NCBI GenBank assembly: GCA_030264375.1
Contig: JASCQW010000150.1
Span: forward strand, 36,125,803 to 36,189,802
Direction: 5' to 3'
DNA: 64,000 bases
Source: Carcharhinus longimanus
Taxonomy: Eukaryota
Positions 1 to 10,168 of the stretch are shown in pieces (position 1 is the first letter of the stretch; every line of letters starts with the position of its first letter). The notes beneath the pieces were generated by a model. It was not told the DNA's origin and made no database searches. It was given only the letters and a program-made list of their open reading frames with translations. Made by a program: the position numbers and the translations under genes.

Positions 1-480
1 GCCCATATCCCTCTATACCCATCCTACCCATGTAACTGTCTAAATGCTTTTTAAAAGACAAAATTGTACCCGCCTCTACTCCTATCTCTGGCAGCTTGTT
101 CCAGACACTCACCACCCTCTGTGTGAAAAAATTGCCCCTCTCCTCTCACCTTAAACCTGTGCCCTGAAGTTCCAGTCTCCCTTACCTTAGAAAAAAAACA
201 TAGATCAGTTAGGTAATCAATACTCCTCATTAAGATCACCCCTAAGTCTTCTACGTTCCAGGGAAGAGTCCCAATCTATCCAGCTGCTTCTTATACCTCA
301 AACTATCAAGTCCCGGTAGCATCTTAGCAAATCTTTTCTGCACACTTTCTGGTTTGATAATATCCTTCCTATAATAGGGTGACCAGAACTGTACACAGTT
401 TTCTGAATATGGCCTTATCACTGTCTTGTAGAACTTCAACAAGATGTCCCAACAAGATGTATTCAATGTTCTGACCATTG
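1..480 (-). mobile_element. CR1-clade (HER1-like) LINE 3' fragment, degenerate
   Basis: Minus ORFs give LLKFYKTVIRPYSENCVQFWSPYYRKDI..VQKRFAKMLPGL..LDRLGLF and TSGHRFKVRG, typical of the CR1 ORF2 C-terminus. Confidence 0.85.
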
Positions 481-869
481 TCCCAACTGGAGCTGGCCAT
501 TAGTTTCTGGATGTTTTTACAAGTATCTTGTCTGGTTATAGGGTGAGGGTTCCATTGCCTGGTGGTGGTGAGTGTCTGGAGAAAAAGTTTCACAAGTTGG
601 GCTGAAGGGCCTGTTTCCATGCTGTCTCTTAGAGAATCTTCCTGAAGCAACTCAACCTGTGGTTTGTATGTCCAATTTAAAAGAAATCTGGTCTTCTTTA
701 AAGTCCAATATTTTCAGACATAATTCAATGTTTTCCTTTCATTATCATGACAACAGTACACAGTTCTGACAACTAGTGATGGCAGTAGCTCCTCCGAAGA
801 ATGCAGCTTGTTGCAGAATCCACGTACCATGGGTGTTGGTGTACAAGAGGTGGGTATAAGACTAGAAAG

Positions 870-1340
870 CAATAGTGTTCGGAGATTCTATAGTTAGAGG
901 AACAGACAAGCTTTCCATTGGCAGGAAGGAATGTTGCCTCCTGAGTGACAAAGGCAAAAATGCCACTGAAGGGCTGCACAAACTGCCAGAACAGATACGT
1001 TATGTATCAGTACTAAGTAGAAAGAAGGATGAAGTCCTGCAGGCAGAATTTAGGGAGCTGAAATGTAGCAAACCCTGGATTATTCCTGATGCCAAATGCT
1101 AATAAGGCTACAAATCAGAGAATAGTGCAAATGGATGCATGGAGAGATGATTCAGGAGTGAGGGACATTGGGAAAGGTCCTTGTATGGTGAAACCCATAC
1201 AAGGCTGACAGGTTGCACTCAGCAAAGCCAGGAAGCAGAATTGTGGCAGGGAGCATTGCTTATGCTTTTGAGGATCATTTAGACTGGTTTGGCAGGGGGA
1301 CAGGAGCCTGAGTGGATTCACAAGGGAGAGAAACAAAGCT
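870..1340 (+). mobile_element. CR1 LINE ORF1 (SGNH esterase-like) relic
   Basis: GDSIVRGTD..CCL..KKDEVLQAEFREL motif in ORF 875-1102; degenerate. Confidence 0.65.
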
Positions 1341-2094
1341 GGGAATGGAAGACAGAGAATTAATAAGCGAATATGGAAATCAAAGGGAACGAAGGAAATA
1401 AACATTAAAGTATTAATGGTTTATACTCCTTTTACGTATTGTAAACCAATGTTTTGCTGTTTGATTAGTCATGTGATGTGTAGTGGCAACATCCGAGACA
1501 TTCAAAACTCACACCTGGAAGGCAACTTTCTCCCCCCGAGCCCCTCACCTGTTTTTTTCTCTGTTTCCTCCCATTTCTGATATTTGTAGCCTAAAGGTGA
1601 CAATTACTTCAATCTGCCTGTTGCAGAGTTGAAATGGTCTCAACTTGCTATGTAGAGGCAAAAACTGACATCTGACCCCTCTGGATCATGCATTTGCTCA
1701 TCCAATGCCAATCAAAACTATTACCTTGAATGAGAAACTGCTTTTCCTGGCTTGGAAGTGACTGTTAAACTCACAGTGGGACACACGTCACAGTGTCAGA
1801 ATGTAGTTCCTGGGAGACTTTGGATTGTTTATGGAAACCTTCGTGAACAAAGGGCTAAGATTTGGAAGAGAAATTGAGCAAAAACAGGGCGTGATCTTAA
1901 GAAAAAAAAAGCCTAAGTACTGAACGAGCGAAAAACGGAAGTGAATGATGCAGATTTTCTCGGCGAGCCATGAGGCACACTTAATGCAATGAAAGAGCCT
2001 CGATGCAATTCTCGCTGGAATGGACTCCCTGGGCGTGTGAATCACCCCCAAAGTGGCCACAGCTGTTTGGCATTAACAACAGAGAGCTGGATAT

Positions 2095-2740
2095 AAGTGC
2101 TAATGATGACAGTCATGCCAGGAAGATAGCACCAAGATGAAGAATCCCTAGATTCATGGAGGGAAAGCTGTTAGACGCTTTAGAAGAGAGGGTGGACATT
2201 TTCTTCCTCCCTGACGGGCGCTGAGTCAGGGGTCATGCAGACAATGACCCTGGGAGGCGGTGACGGTGTCAATCAGTGCCACTGCACTGGCATGGAGGAC
2301 TGGCCATCAGTGTAGGAAGGAAATAACTAACCTCATTCGGGCAGCAAGTGTGAGTGTCCATCCCGTCCTGGCATCAGTCTCATTTGTCGCGCCAGCAATG
2401 TGCAACACCCCAACCTCCCCCCAACCCCGACACCCCACATCCTTCCAGTATCCTGCCCCCCAGTAACTGCCTCCAACCCTTCTGGCACCCCCATCACAAC
2501 CTCTGCCTGCTGAGCCCCAGCCCCCGACATATATCATCTGGTTTCTCGCACCCTCAAGACTCTGTGTCCTTCAGGCTTTCAACATCCCCCTTCTGTCTGC
2601 AGGTCCATAATAAGAGGGAGTGGGAGAAAGCTGGAGGTGGGGTCCCCAACTTGTGAATCCTCACTTCCTTTAAGGAAAAAGCCCTGAATCTAGTGGGGGG
2701 ACGACAGGACTGTGAGCAACAGTGAGGTCAGTCTGCGACA
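2095..2740 (+). mobile_element. PIF/Harbinger Myb/SANT-like DNA-binding gene relic (two exons)
   Basis: PRF..LLDALEERVDIFF..WEAVTVSISATALAWRTGHQCRKEITNL, then after acceptor ctgcag at ~2602 VHNKREWEKAGGGVP; contains stops. Confidence 0.7.
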
Positions 2741-3859
2741 TAGAAATAAGCGTTCCCCAATCCTTCATTCATAAGACATATCTCAAGTAAATGGCATGCT
2801 GCCCAGATATCCCTCCCTAGCAATGAACCTTGTGCTCTTTGTTGCAGGATATGACCCTGAGGCACCCGATCCATCTGGTATCGTCCATCCCCTGCCACTC
2901 CCGCTAAGATAACAACTCAGAGAAAAGCTTGGAGGAAGGCCCCGAGGAAACCCTTGAGACCAGCACCAATCAATACAGCCTTCCATCACACAATCCACAG
3001 CGCAGGTACTATCACTAAGATGGGACAAGTTAGTGGCTTCTGGATCACTCTCACAGGAGTAAGGGGCCGAATGGTGGACTCCTTTTTCTAATTTCTTTGT
3101 ATATATGCCCGGGGAAACCAATTGGGGAACAATTTGGGACATCACTCTGATAAGCAGGGGTTTCTGTTGCAGAACCTTCTCAGGAGCTGTCTGCAGCCAA
3201 GATACTGCAAGCCTCTGTATGGCCTTTACTGGTAAGTAAATGTGTTGTTGTTTTTCCCTTAACTGGTGATCAAGGATTGTTACATCATCGCAGAGACTCA
3301 CAGTTTTCCTGGGAATACACATAGACACTGTGGGAAGTTTCATAAAGCTAGGGAACTGTCAGGGTGCAGAGTGGGCATGGGTGAAGTTAGACATAGAAAG
3401 CTGAGGGTCTTTAACTAATATTACAAATGCACATGTTCCCACATTAAAGCTGTTTATGTCTCACTGTCATTAACCTTCCTCCCAGTGGGGGATAGTGCTT
3501 CACCACATCTGGACAGAGCTCTTCTCACAGGCCCTCAAAGTCTGACAAATGGTTAGGCTCACTCAAAGTGAAAATAACATAATTCTTGAGAGGACTCAGG
3601 CATCACCCTCCTGCATTTTCTGAATAGCAGGCACCAGCACTCCTCAGGCCCTGTGCTCTGATGACTGAGGTTTACTGTGACCCTCTCCCTGGTTGCAGAG
3701 GGGACAGGTCTTTGGGATAGGGGGTTGCTCCTTGGGCTGTCGGGCGATATAGTGTTCTTCTTGTGTGAAGCGGGAAGTAATGAGGTCAGCCCATATCCTT
3801 CTGTCCATAAGAACCTCACCCCGCCTGTCCTCCATCTCATGTCTCCTCTCCGGCCTCTT

Positions 3860-4680
3860 CTTTACTCCCTCCTGGACTTCCAGAGGAGACATTCCACTCC
3901 TATAGGTCGTCATCAGTAAGGCGGTGGCCGCATTGCTGTGCCGAGTTACGTAGGGCATGCAGACTCCCACCATGTGGGAGACCTTTTGGAGACTGCATTG
4001 TAGGGCACCACTGGATCTGTCGAGGCAATGGAAGCACATCTTAAGGAGCCTGATGTACCACTCAATCATAGACTGGGTGGCACTGTGAGGCTTGTTGTAG
4101 TGGACCTTTGCTGAGGTCTCAGGCCTCCATCCTGGCATCATTAGTCAAGACCTCAATGGATATCCTTTGACCCAACGAACCATCCCTGTAGCTTGGAGTG
4201 ACCCTTCAATTCCTCAGGTATTTGCAAATGCCCAAGGATATAGTTGTCATGCATGCTCTCTGGAAAGCATGCACACATGTGCATGAACCTCATCTGCTGG
4301 TCACTCACCAGCTGGACAATAAGGGTGTCTTTCTGTTAACGACTAGGACTCCCTAATGTCAGGGACCTGTAGAGTGACATAAGTGCCGTCGATTGCTCCC
4401 TGCACCTGTGGCAGATCTGCTATGGTGGTGAACCCAACAGTCCTCTCATCCTGCTGGGCCTGGTCCAGGTCAAAATGGATGAAGTCCAATGCTCTTGTAT
4501 ACAGTACATCATAACCTCCTTGATTTATTTATGGGTGGATGACTGTTAGATACAAGGCAGGTCACCCGTGGAGCCCTGGCATGAACCCTTCGTGTCAAAG
4601 TTGAGAGCTGCCATGACTTCCGTGGCCATCAGGAGGCAGCACCCCTTGTCTTCATGTGGTGCTAAGTTGGACATTATGTG
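3860..4680 (-). mobile_element. PIF/Harbinger DDE transposase relic (HARBI1-like), convergent with the Myb gene
   Basis: Minus translations IADLPQVQGAIDGTYV, FPESMHDNYIL, KGYPL, YNKPHSATQSMIEWYIRLLKMCFHCLDRSSGALQ; frameshifted. Confidence 0.85.
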
Positions 4681-4699
4681 GTACATGTACTGTAAGTCT

Positions 4700-4970
4700 A
4701 AATTTATTTATTGTCACAAGTCGGTTTACATTAACACTATAACAAAGTTACTGTGAAAGTCCCCTAGTTGCCACACTCCGGTGCCTGTTTGGATACACTG
4801 AGGGAGAACTTAGCATGGTCAATGCACCTAATGTCTTTCGGATTGTGGGAGGAAACCGGAGCATATGGAGGAAACCCACACAGAAACGGGAAGAATGTGC
4901 AAACTCCGTACAGTGACCCAAGCCAGGAATCAAATCCAGGTCCCTGGCGCGGTGAGACACATGTTGTCTG
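4700..4970 (-). mobile_element. HE1-like tRNA-derived V-SINE
   Basis: V-domain tgtgggaggaaaccggagca..ggaaacccacacaga..aatgtgcaaactcc, shared with several other copies in the window. Confidence 0.85.
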
Positions 4971-6814
4971 ACAGCTCCATGATGGTTACTTGAGTCCTGG
5001 AGACCCCTGGTCGTCTTCTTTTCCTTCAAGCCCCCTGTTCAACCGCTGCTGCCTCCAGCCCTTGAGCCCATTCTGCGTGTCCTGGTCTCCTACCATTGGG
5101 CGTTCCCTGGGTGCCGCCACTTGTTGGTGCTGGAATCTGTGCTCCTCCAGCATTGTAATTAGTACAGAGAGAGAGAGAGACACACACACACAGAAATTCC
5201 GATTTTGGCCTCTTGCTATATTTTCCAGCCTGATGGGATGTGTGTGTGTGCCTAACCGGCCTGCTCAATTCTGCCCAAGGTTCATTACGGGAGGAGAATC
5301 TTTCTTTTCCCAACTCAAAATGCAAACATTTTGATGAAGTGAAATGACTTGAGAAACTTTGAGGAAGGGCAAGACGTTGCAAAGATAGAACAGAGAACCT
5401 TGGGGAGAGGAAGATACCGTAACTCAAAAAATGTAGATAGCTTTGGGCTTAAAGGAGTACATTGTAGGAGGGAGAGACACAGGAATGGCACATTTCTGAG
5501 GTGCTGGAAAGGAGAAATTAACATGGGGGACATTGAGACTCATGTTGATACAGTAAAGATGATGGGAACGTTCCAGAGACAATTTGGCCATTGGGAAGAA
5601 CAGAGAGGAATGTTCATACAGCAACAATAGTGATAAAATAGAGAGTAATTAGATTTCCGAGGACAAAAATGGAAAGGAATGCTTGGTGTAACTCCAATCC
5701 CAGCTTCCCTCTTGCCTGAAAATAGGTGCATGATGAGACCAGAATCCTGGCTTGCTTGGGAATAAATAAGGTTTATCTGGAGTCCTTTGTTCACAGTGAA
5801 CTATTTATTGACTTTTGCAGTAAATAACTGCCTCAGGGTCTGGGTCAGGCTGTCAGTGTACTCTGAATGGATGAAGACAGGTTGGGGCAGGATATGGAGG
5901 TGTGGGGGGAGTCTTGGTGATGATATGAGTGCTAGGATGTCCTCAGGTGCCCAGTTGGCCATTCTGCGAAATCTGGGCTACTAAAAAGAAGTGGGACTAG
6001 GGTTGGGAGAATGATGTTTTCTACTGGAGCCTGACCTCCTGAAACACCAGCAAAATGCATGCTGCCAGGATGTAGGAGTGGCCTGCAGTAGTGTTGCCTA
6101 TTCCTTTAATGGCATGGATCACCCCAATACTGACTCTGTGACCTCAAATGAATGCTGGTATAATAAGGGAAACATTTCAGATCTGAGTTTTTTCTCATCA
6201 GGCCTATGGGTTTCACCTTGATGAGGCTGCTAAATGCTCTTTTCTGGAGCTCACGCCAGAGACTGCTGACACTGTTTGGGTGTCAGAGATGAAAATAATC
6301 TGAGCTGGGAAACAGAGTAATATCAAGCTTGATTCAGTGCACAGTTCTCATTTCTTCATATGTCAGAACATGGTGCGAAGTTTTGGGCTGGGGATATTTT
6401 TCTCGGTTGCATGAAACAACATTAATATAAACACACAATCTAAATGGTTCCACTTGTAAAATGTAGTGGATTCTTTAAATCAGCGAGGGCTTTCAACGAA
6501 GGCAGTTTATCTCTAAACTCACACCGACAAACCGCTTGTGCTCTGCCTGAGACCCTGACCCCTCGTATGTAATCGGATCATCACGTATTCACGTGACCGC
6601 TCGTCTACACTATTAAAAACATTACGTTAAGTTGAAATGACCAAAATGGTGAATATGAAAGTGAGGACCTTCTGTATTAATTTGAGTGAGATGACGCTCC
6701 TAATTCATATCGCTGCATTGGGCACATCATTAAAATCCATCCATCTCTTAGTGTGAACCTGTAGCATAAAATTGAATAGATATTGGCAGACCAGCAGGTC
6801 CAATGGTTTATTTG

Positions 6815-7120
6815 TAAAGTTTAAAGTTTATTTATTAGTGTCACAAGTAGGCTTACATTAACACTGTAATGAAGTTATTGTGAAAATCCCTGAGTTGCCA
6901 CACTCCGGCGCCTGTTCGGGCACACTGAGGGAGAATCTAGCATGGACAATGCACCTAACCAGCGTGACTTTTGAACTGTGGGAGGAAACTGGAGCACCCA
7001 GAGGAAACCTGTGCAGACACGGGGAGAATGTGCAGACTCTGCACCGACAGTGATCCAAGCCGGTCATCGAACCTGGGTCCCTGGTGCTGTGAGGCAGCAG
7101 TGCTGACTACTGTGCCAGGC
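6815..7120 (-). mobile_element. HE1-like V-SINE
   Basis: Same V-domain, tRNA-like head (ggcacagtagtcagcactgctgcctcacagcaccagggacc on minus) and tail. Confidence 0.85.
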
Positions 7121-7623
7121 CATTTCATCCTGCTCCAGATGAAATGAGAACAACAGCTTCAGTGTTTCTGGAGCTGCATCAGCCTGATCATTGTCACTCA
7201 CCCTGATTGCTGAAAGTAAGATGAGACAGGATTGGGTTGCTTTGTGTTTGCACTTGAGTGTCCACATGCACTGTGTGGGGTCCCACATGAAGAATGTCAC
7301 AATGACAGATTACTGCTGACCCACATTAGTCTGAATCACCGCTACCCAAAAATCAGCAAAGATTGGAACCAAAGAAAGAATAAAATTGCACATTTGGGCC
7401 ATTTTATCTTTCAGTGGGGTTATAAAATGAATAAAGGCATGGCACTTGGTAAATTGTGCCTTTGGAGAGCCAGTGTAGACATGATGGACTGAATATTCTT
7501 CTTTCACTCTGTGAAATCAAAGTGAAGGAAATTGAAGGTTATGGCAGATTTTGTTGCTTGACTTTGATCAAAAATAAATTAAACCCGGGAGTTTAATGAA
7601 GCCCAATTCAATATCAATATGAG

Positions 7624-7950
7624 TTTAAATACTTCTGACACAAAGAAAGATGGCAGATGGAACAGAAACCAAGATATTTGTGTAATATTGGTATAAAACA
7701 CAGATCTCAATAGTTTAATTCTGTTCTGGACAGTCCCTCTCCTTAAAATAACATTGCACAGTTCCTGCAGGGACCCCAGGTGTTTGTTCGTTTCACCCAC
7801 TGGGGAAAGCTAGTTGGGCGGAACCAAATCATATTCAAAGACAGAAAGATGACTGGGTGAAACTGCCATCTCAATGCTCAAAGCTTCAATAGTTTTAACC
7901 CTATCCTCTGCAATATTTAAATAGCTCTCAATGTTCTGATTTTGATGAAA
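7624..7950 (+). other. Non-coding block paralogous to 23766-24090, upstream of Ig units 1 and 2
   Basis: cagtccctct..aaaataacattgca.agttcct..gacccc.ggtgtttgtt..tcaccca aligns between 7731-7799 and 23871-23939. Confidence 0.8.
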
Positions 7951-8129
7951 ATAGCTGATACTCTGATATAGAATTTATTTTGCAGATTGTAGAATAAATT
8001 TAACTGCTGGCTGACAGATAAAGTTGGTATTTGATGACTATAGCAGATACTCTGATAGAGAATTTATTTTGCAGATTGTAGAATAAATTTAACTGCTGGC
8101 TGACAGATAAAGTTGGTATTTGATGACTA
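7951..8129. repeat. 89-bp tandem duplication (2 copies)
   Basis: Units start at 7951 and 8040, near-identical (atagc.gatactctgata.agaatttattttgcag...ttgatgact). Confidence 0.95.
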
Positions 8130-8136
8130 ATTATAC

Positions 8137-8270
8137 CAAAAGCAAAACATGGCTGATGCTGGAAATCTGAAATAAAAACAGAAAATGCCAGCTAAACTCA
8201 GCAGGTCCAGCAGCATCTGTGAAGAGAGAAACACAGTTAAATTTCAGGTTGTGACTTTTTATCAGAACTA
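8137..8270. mobile_element. Penelope-like terminal-repeat fragment
   Basis: gatgctggaaatctgaaataaaaacagaaaatgc..ctcagcaggtccagcagcatctgt resembles the ends of the element at 35963-38549; similar pieces near 11230-11310 and 46070-46180. Confidence 0.65.
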
Positions 8271-8670
8271 ATTATATTTCAGCTCCTTTCCCCTTATGTT
8301 CACTCACTGGAAGCAGTGACAATACATCAAGATTGCCTATATATTAACTAATAGAGTTCATCAACACTTTAGTGCAGGTGTCATACAGTAAGTCAAAAAG
8401 TGTTCTAAGTGAGGAGTTTGTACAGAGAATGCATCACAAGCCTTCTGTGATAAGCTATAGAAATGTCTGTTGTATTAGTACTGTACAGAAACATTCAAGG
8501 CTGTTGGCCAAGTGCGGTAAATGGTATTAGGTAGGAGTTTAGGCGTTTCTCACATGCTGACGCAGACTTGATGGGCCGAAAGGCCTCTTCTGCACTGTAT
8601 GATTCTACGAATATAGAAAAGTGATGATGTGGAGATGCTGGCATTGAACTGAGATAAGCACAGAAAGAAA

Positions 8671-8827
8671 TCTCATAACACCAGGTTAAAGTCCAACAGG
8701 TTTATTAGGTAGCAAAAACTTTCGGAGTCTTGCTTCTTCTTCAGGTGAATCACTTGAAGAAAGAGCGAGACTCTGAAAGCTTGTGCTACCAAATAAACCT
8801 GTTGGACTTTAACCTGATGTTATGAGA
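8671..8827. repeat. ~157-bp fold-back inverted repeat (Penelope-type pLTR pair)
   Basis: tctcataacaccaggttaaagtccaacaggtttatt..tcaggtga / tcacttgaag..aataaacctgttggactttaacctgatgttatgaga; arms are reverse complements about ~8749. Confidence 0.85.
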
Positions 8828-9430
8828 CCGTTTATTGTCCATAGAAAAGTGACACAGACTTCCAGTTTCTGAGNNNNNNNNNNNNNNNNNNNNNNNNNNN
8901 NNNNNNNNNNNNNNNNNNNNNNNNNNNNNNNNNNNNNNNNNNNNNNNNNNNNNNNNNNNNNNNNNNNNNNNNNNNNNNNNNNNNNNNNNNNNNNNNNNNN
9001 NNNNNNNNNNNNNNNNNNNNNNNNNNNNNNNNNNNNNNNNNNNNNNNNNNNNNNNNNNNNNNNNNNNNNNNNNNNNNNNNNNNNNNNNNNNNNNNNNNNN
9101 NNNNNNNNNNNNNNNNNNNNNNNNNNNNNNNNNNNNNNNNNNNNNNNNNNNNNNNNNNNNNNNNNNNNNNNNNNNNNNNNNNNNNNNNNNNNNNNNNNNN
9201 NNNNNNNNNNNNNNNNNNNNNNNNNNNNNNNNNNNNNNNNNNNNNNNNNNNNNNNNNNNNNNNNNNNNNNNNNNNNNNNNNNNNNNNNNNNNNNNNNNNN
9301 NNNNNNNNNNNNNNNNNNNNNNNNNNNNNNNNNNNNNNNNNNNNNNNNNNNNNNNNNNNNNNNNNGACGGGGGACTTGGAATCACTTTCAGGCAGTCAAT
9401 TTATAATGTTTAATCTCTGCTCTCTTACAG

Positions 9431-9751
9431 ATGGACAGACTCTGACTCAGACTCCGGATTTGACTGTGAAACCGGGAAACATGGCCACAATGGACTGTAA
9501 CACCGGAATCCAAAATAGCAATACTGTGAGCTGGTACAAGCAGACCCCGGGATCAACTCCTCAGTGGGTTCTCAGCTTTTACCACTCATGGGATGCCCCT
9601 AACTATGGTGCTGGGTTTAGCAGCGACCGATTTACATCCAGTGTCAAGAGTGACAACAGTATTTACCAGTTAATCATAAAGAATGTGGAGCTGAATGATG
9701 CTGCCGTCTATTATTGTGGAACGTGGGTTTCTTCGAGCAGCACCAATGTGT
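9431..9751 (+). CDS. Immunoglobulin light chain V segment, sigma-type (leader exon probably in gap 8874-9365)
   Basis: Acceptor tctcttacag|, open frame QTLTQTPDLTVKPGNMATMDC..VSWYKQTPG..long CDR2 FYHSWDAPNYGAGFSSDRF..DAAVYYCGTW; followed by an RSS. Confidence 0.93.
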
Positions 9752-9779
9752 CACAATGACAGAAGGTAAAACAAAAACT
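9752..9779 (+). promoter_or_regulatory. V 12-bp-spacer recombination signal sequence
   Basis: cacaatg (9752-9758) + 12 nt + acaaaaact (9771-9779). Confidence 0.93.
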
Positions 9780-10094
9780 GGCAACTGTAAATAACATACT
9801 GGCAATATTTTTGTAACTATTAGAACATATTGATGTTTTCCATTTCATAAAATTACCTCAATATTGTCCTTAATGTAAAAGTTTCAAATTGATATAATTT
9901 AATAATTGATAACAATCTGAATCTCACTGCCCAGTATTGAGTGTTGATGACATTTTACAACAACATTGTGGGTGTTACTGTGAGTTTATTCCTTATTGTC
10001 CCACATCAGCAGGAACACTGGGAATACATGAAGCCTGATTGATGCTGGACTGGAGAATCTGAAACGTGTTTTCTGTCTGATTTCCAGGATCAGG

Positions 10095-10133
10095 GATAAC
10101 TGTATGGACTGAATCCTAAAACATGACACTGTG
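10095..10133 (-). promoter_or_regulatory. J1 23-bp-spacer RSS with non-consensus nonamer
   Basis: gataactgt (10095-10103; 5/9 match to ggtttttgt) + 23 nt + perfect cactgtg (10127-10133). Confidence 0.75.
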
Positions 10134-10168
10134 GGTGCTTGGCCAAGGGACCAAACTCTTTGTCGCAG
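10134..10168 (+). CDS. Ig light chain J segment 1 (VLGQGTKLFVA)
   Basis: G GTG CTT GGC CAA GGG ACC AAA CTC TTT GTC GCA G|gtaagt; LGQG instead of FGxG. Confidence 0.9.

Noticed and set aside
2783-3343. 186-aa ORF and other long ORF-track entries, including N-spanning ones
   Set aside because: They lie antisense within TE sequence, are low-complexity, or are gap artefacts; no recognisable domain
7951-8129. CRISPR-like or functional array
   Set aside because: Simple two-copy tandem duplication in a eukaryote, with no spacers
9376-9759. ORF ending VSQ* as a stand-alone VpreB-like gene
   Set aside because: The stop arises by reading through the RSS heptamer, as in many germline sigma V segments, and the ORF start is intronic; it is not evidence on its own
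9948-9979. ATG-initiated exon upstream of the spacer intron acting as a leader for J-C
   Set aside because: Splicing to 10088 hits a stop within a few codons and the phase differs in unit 2; at most a uORF
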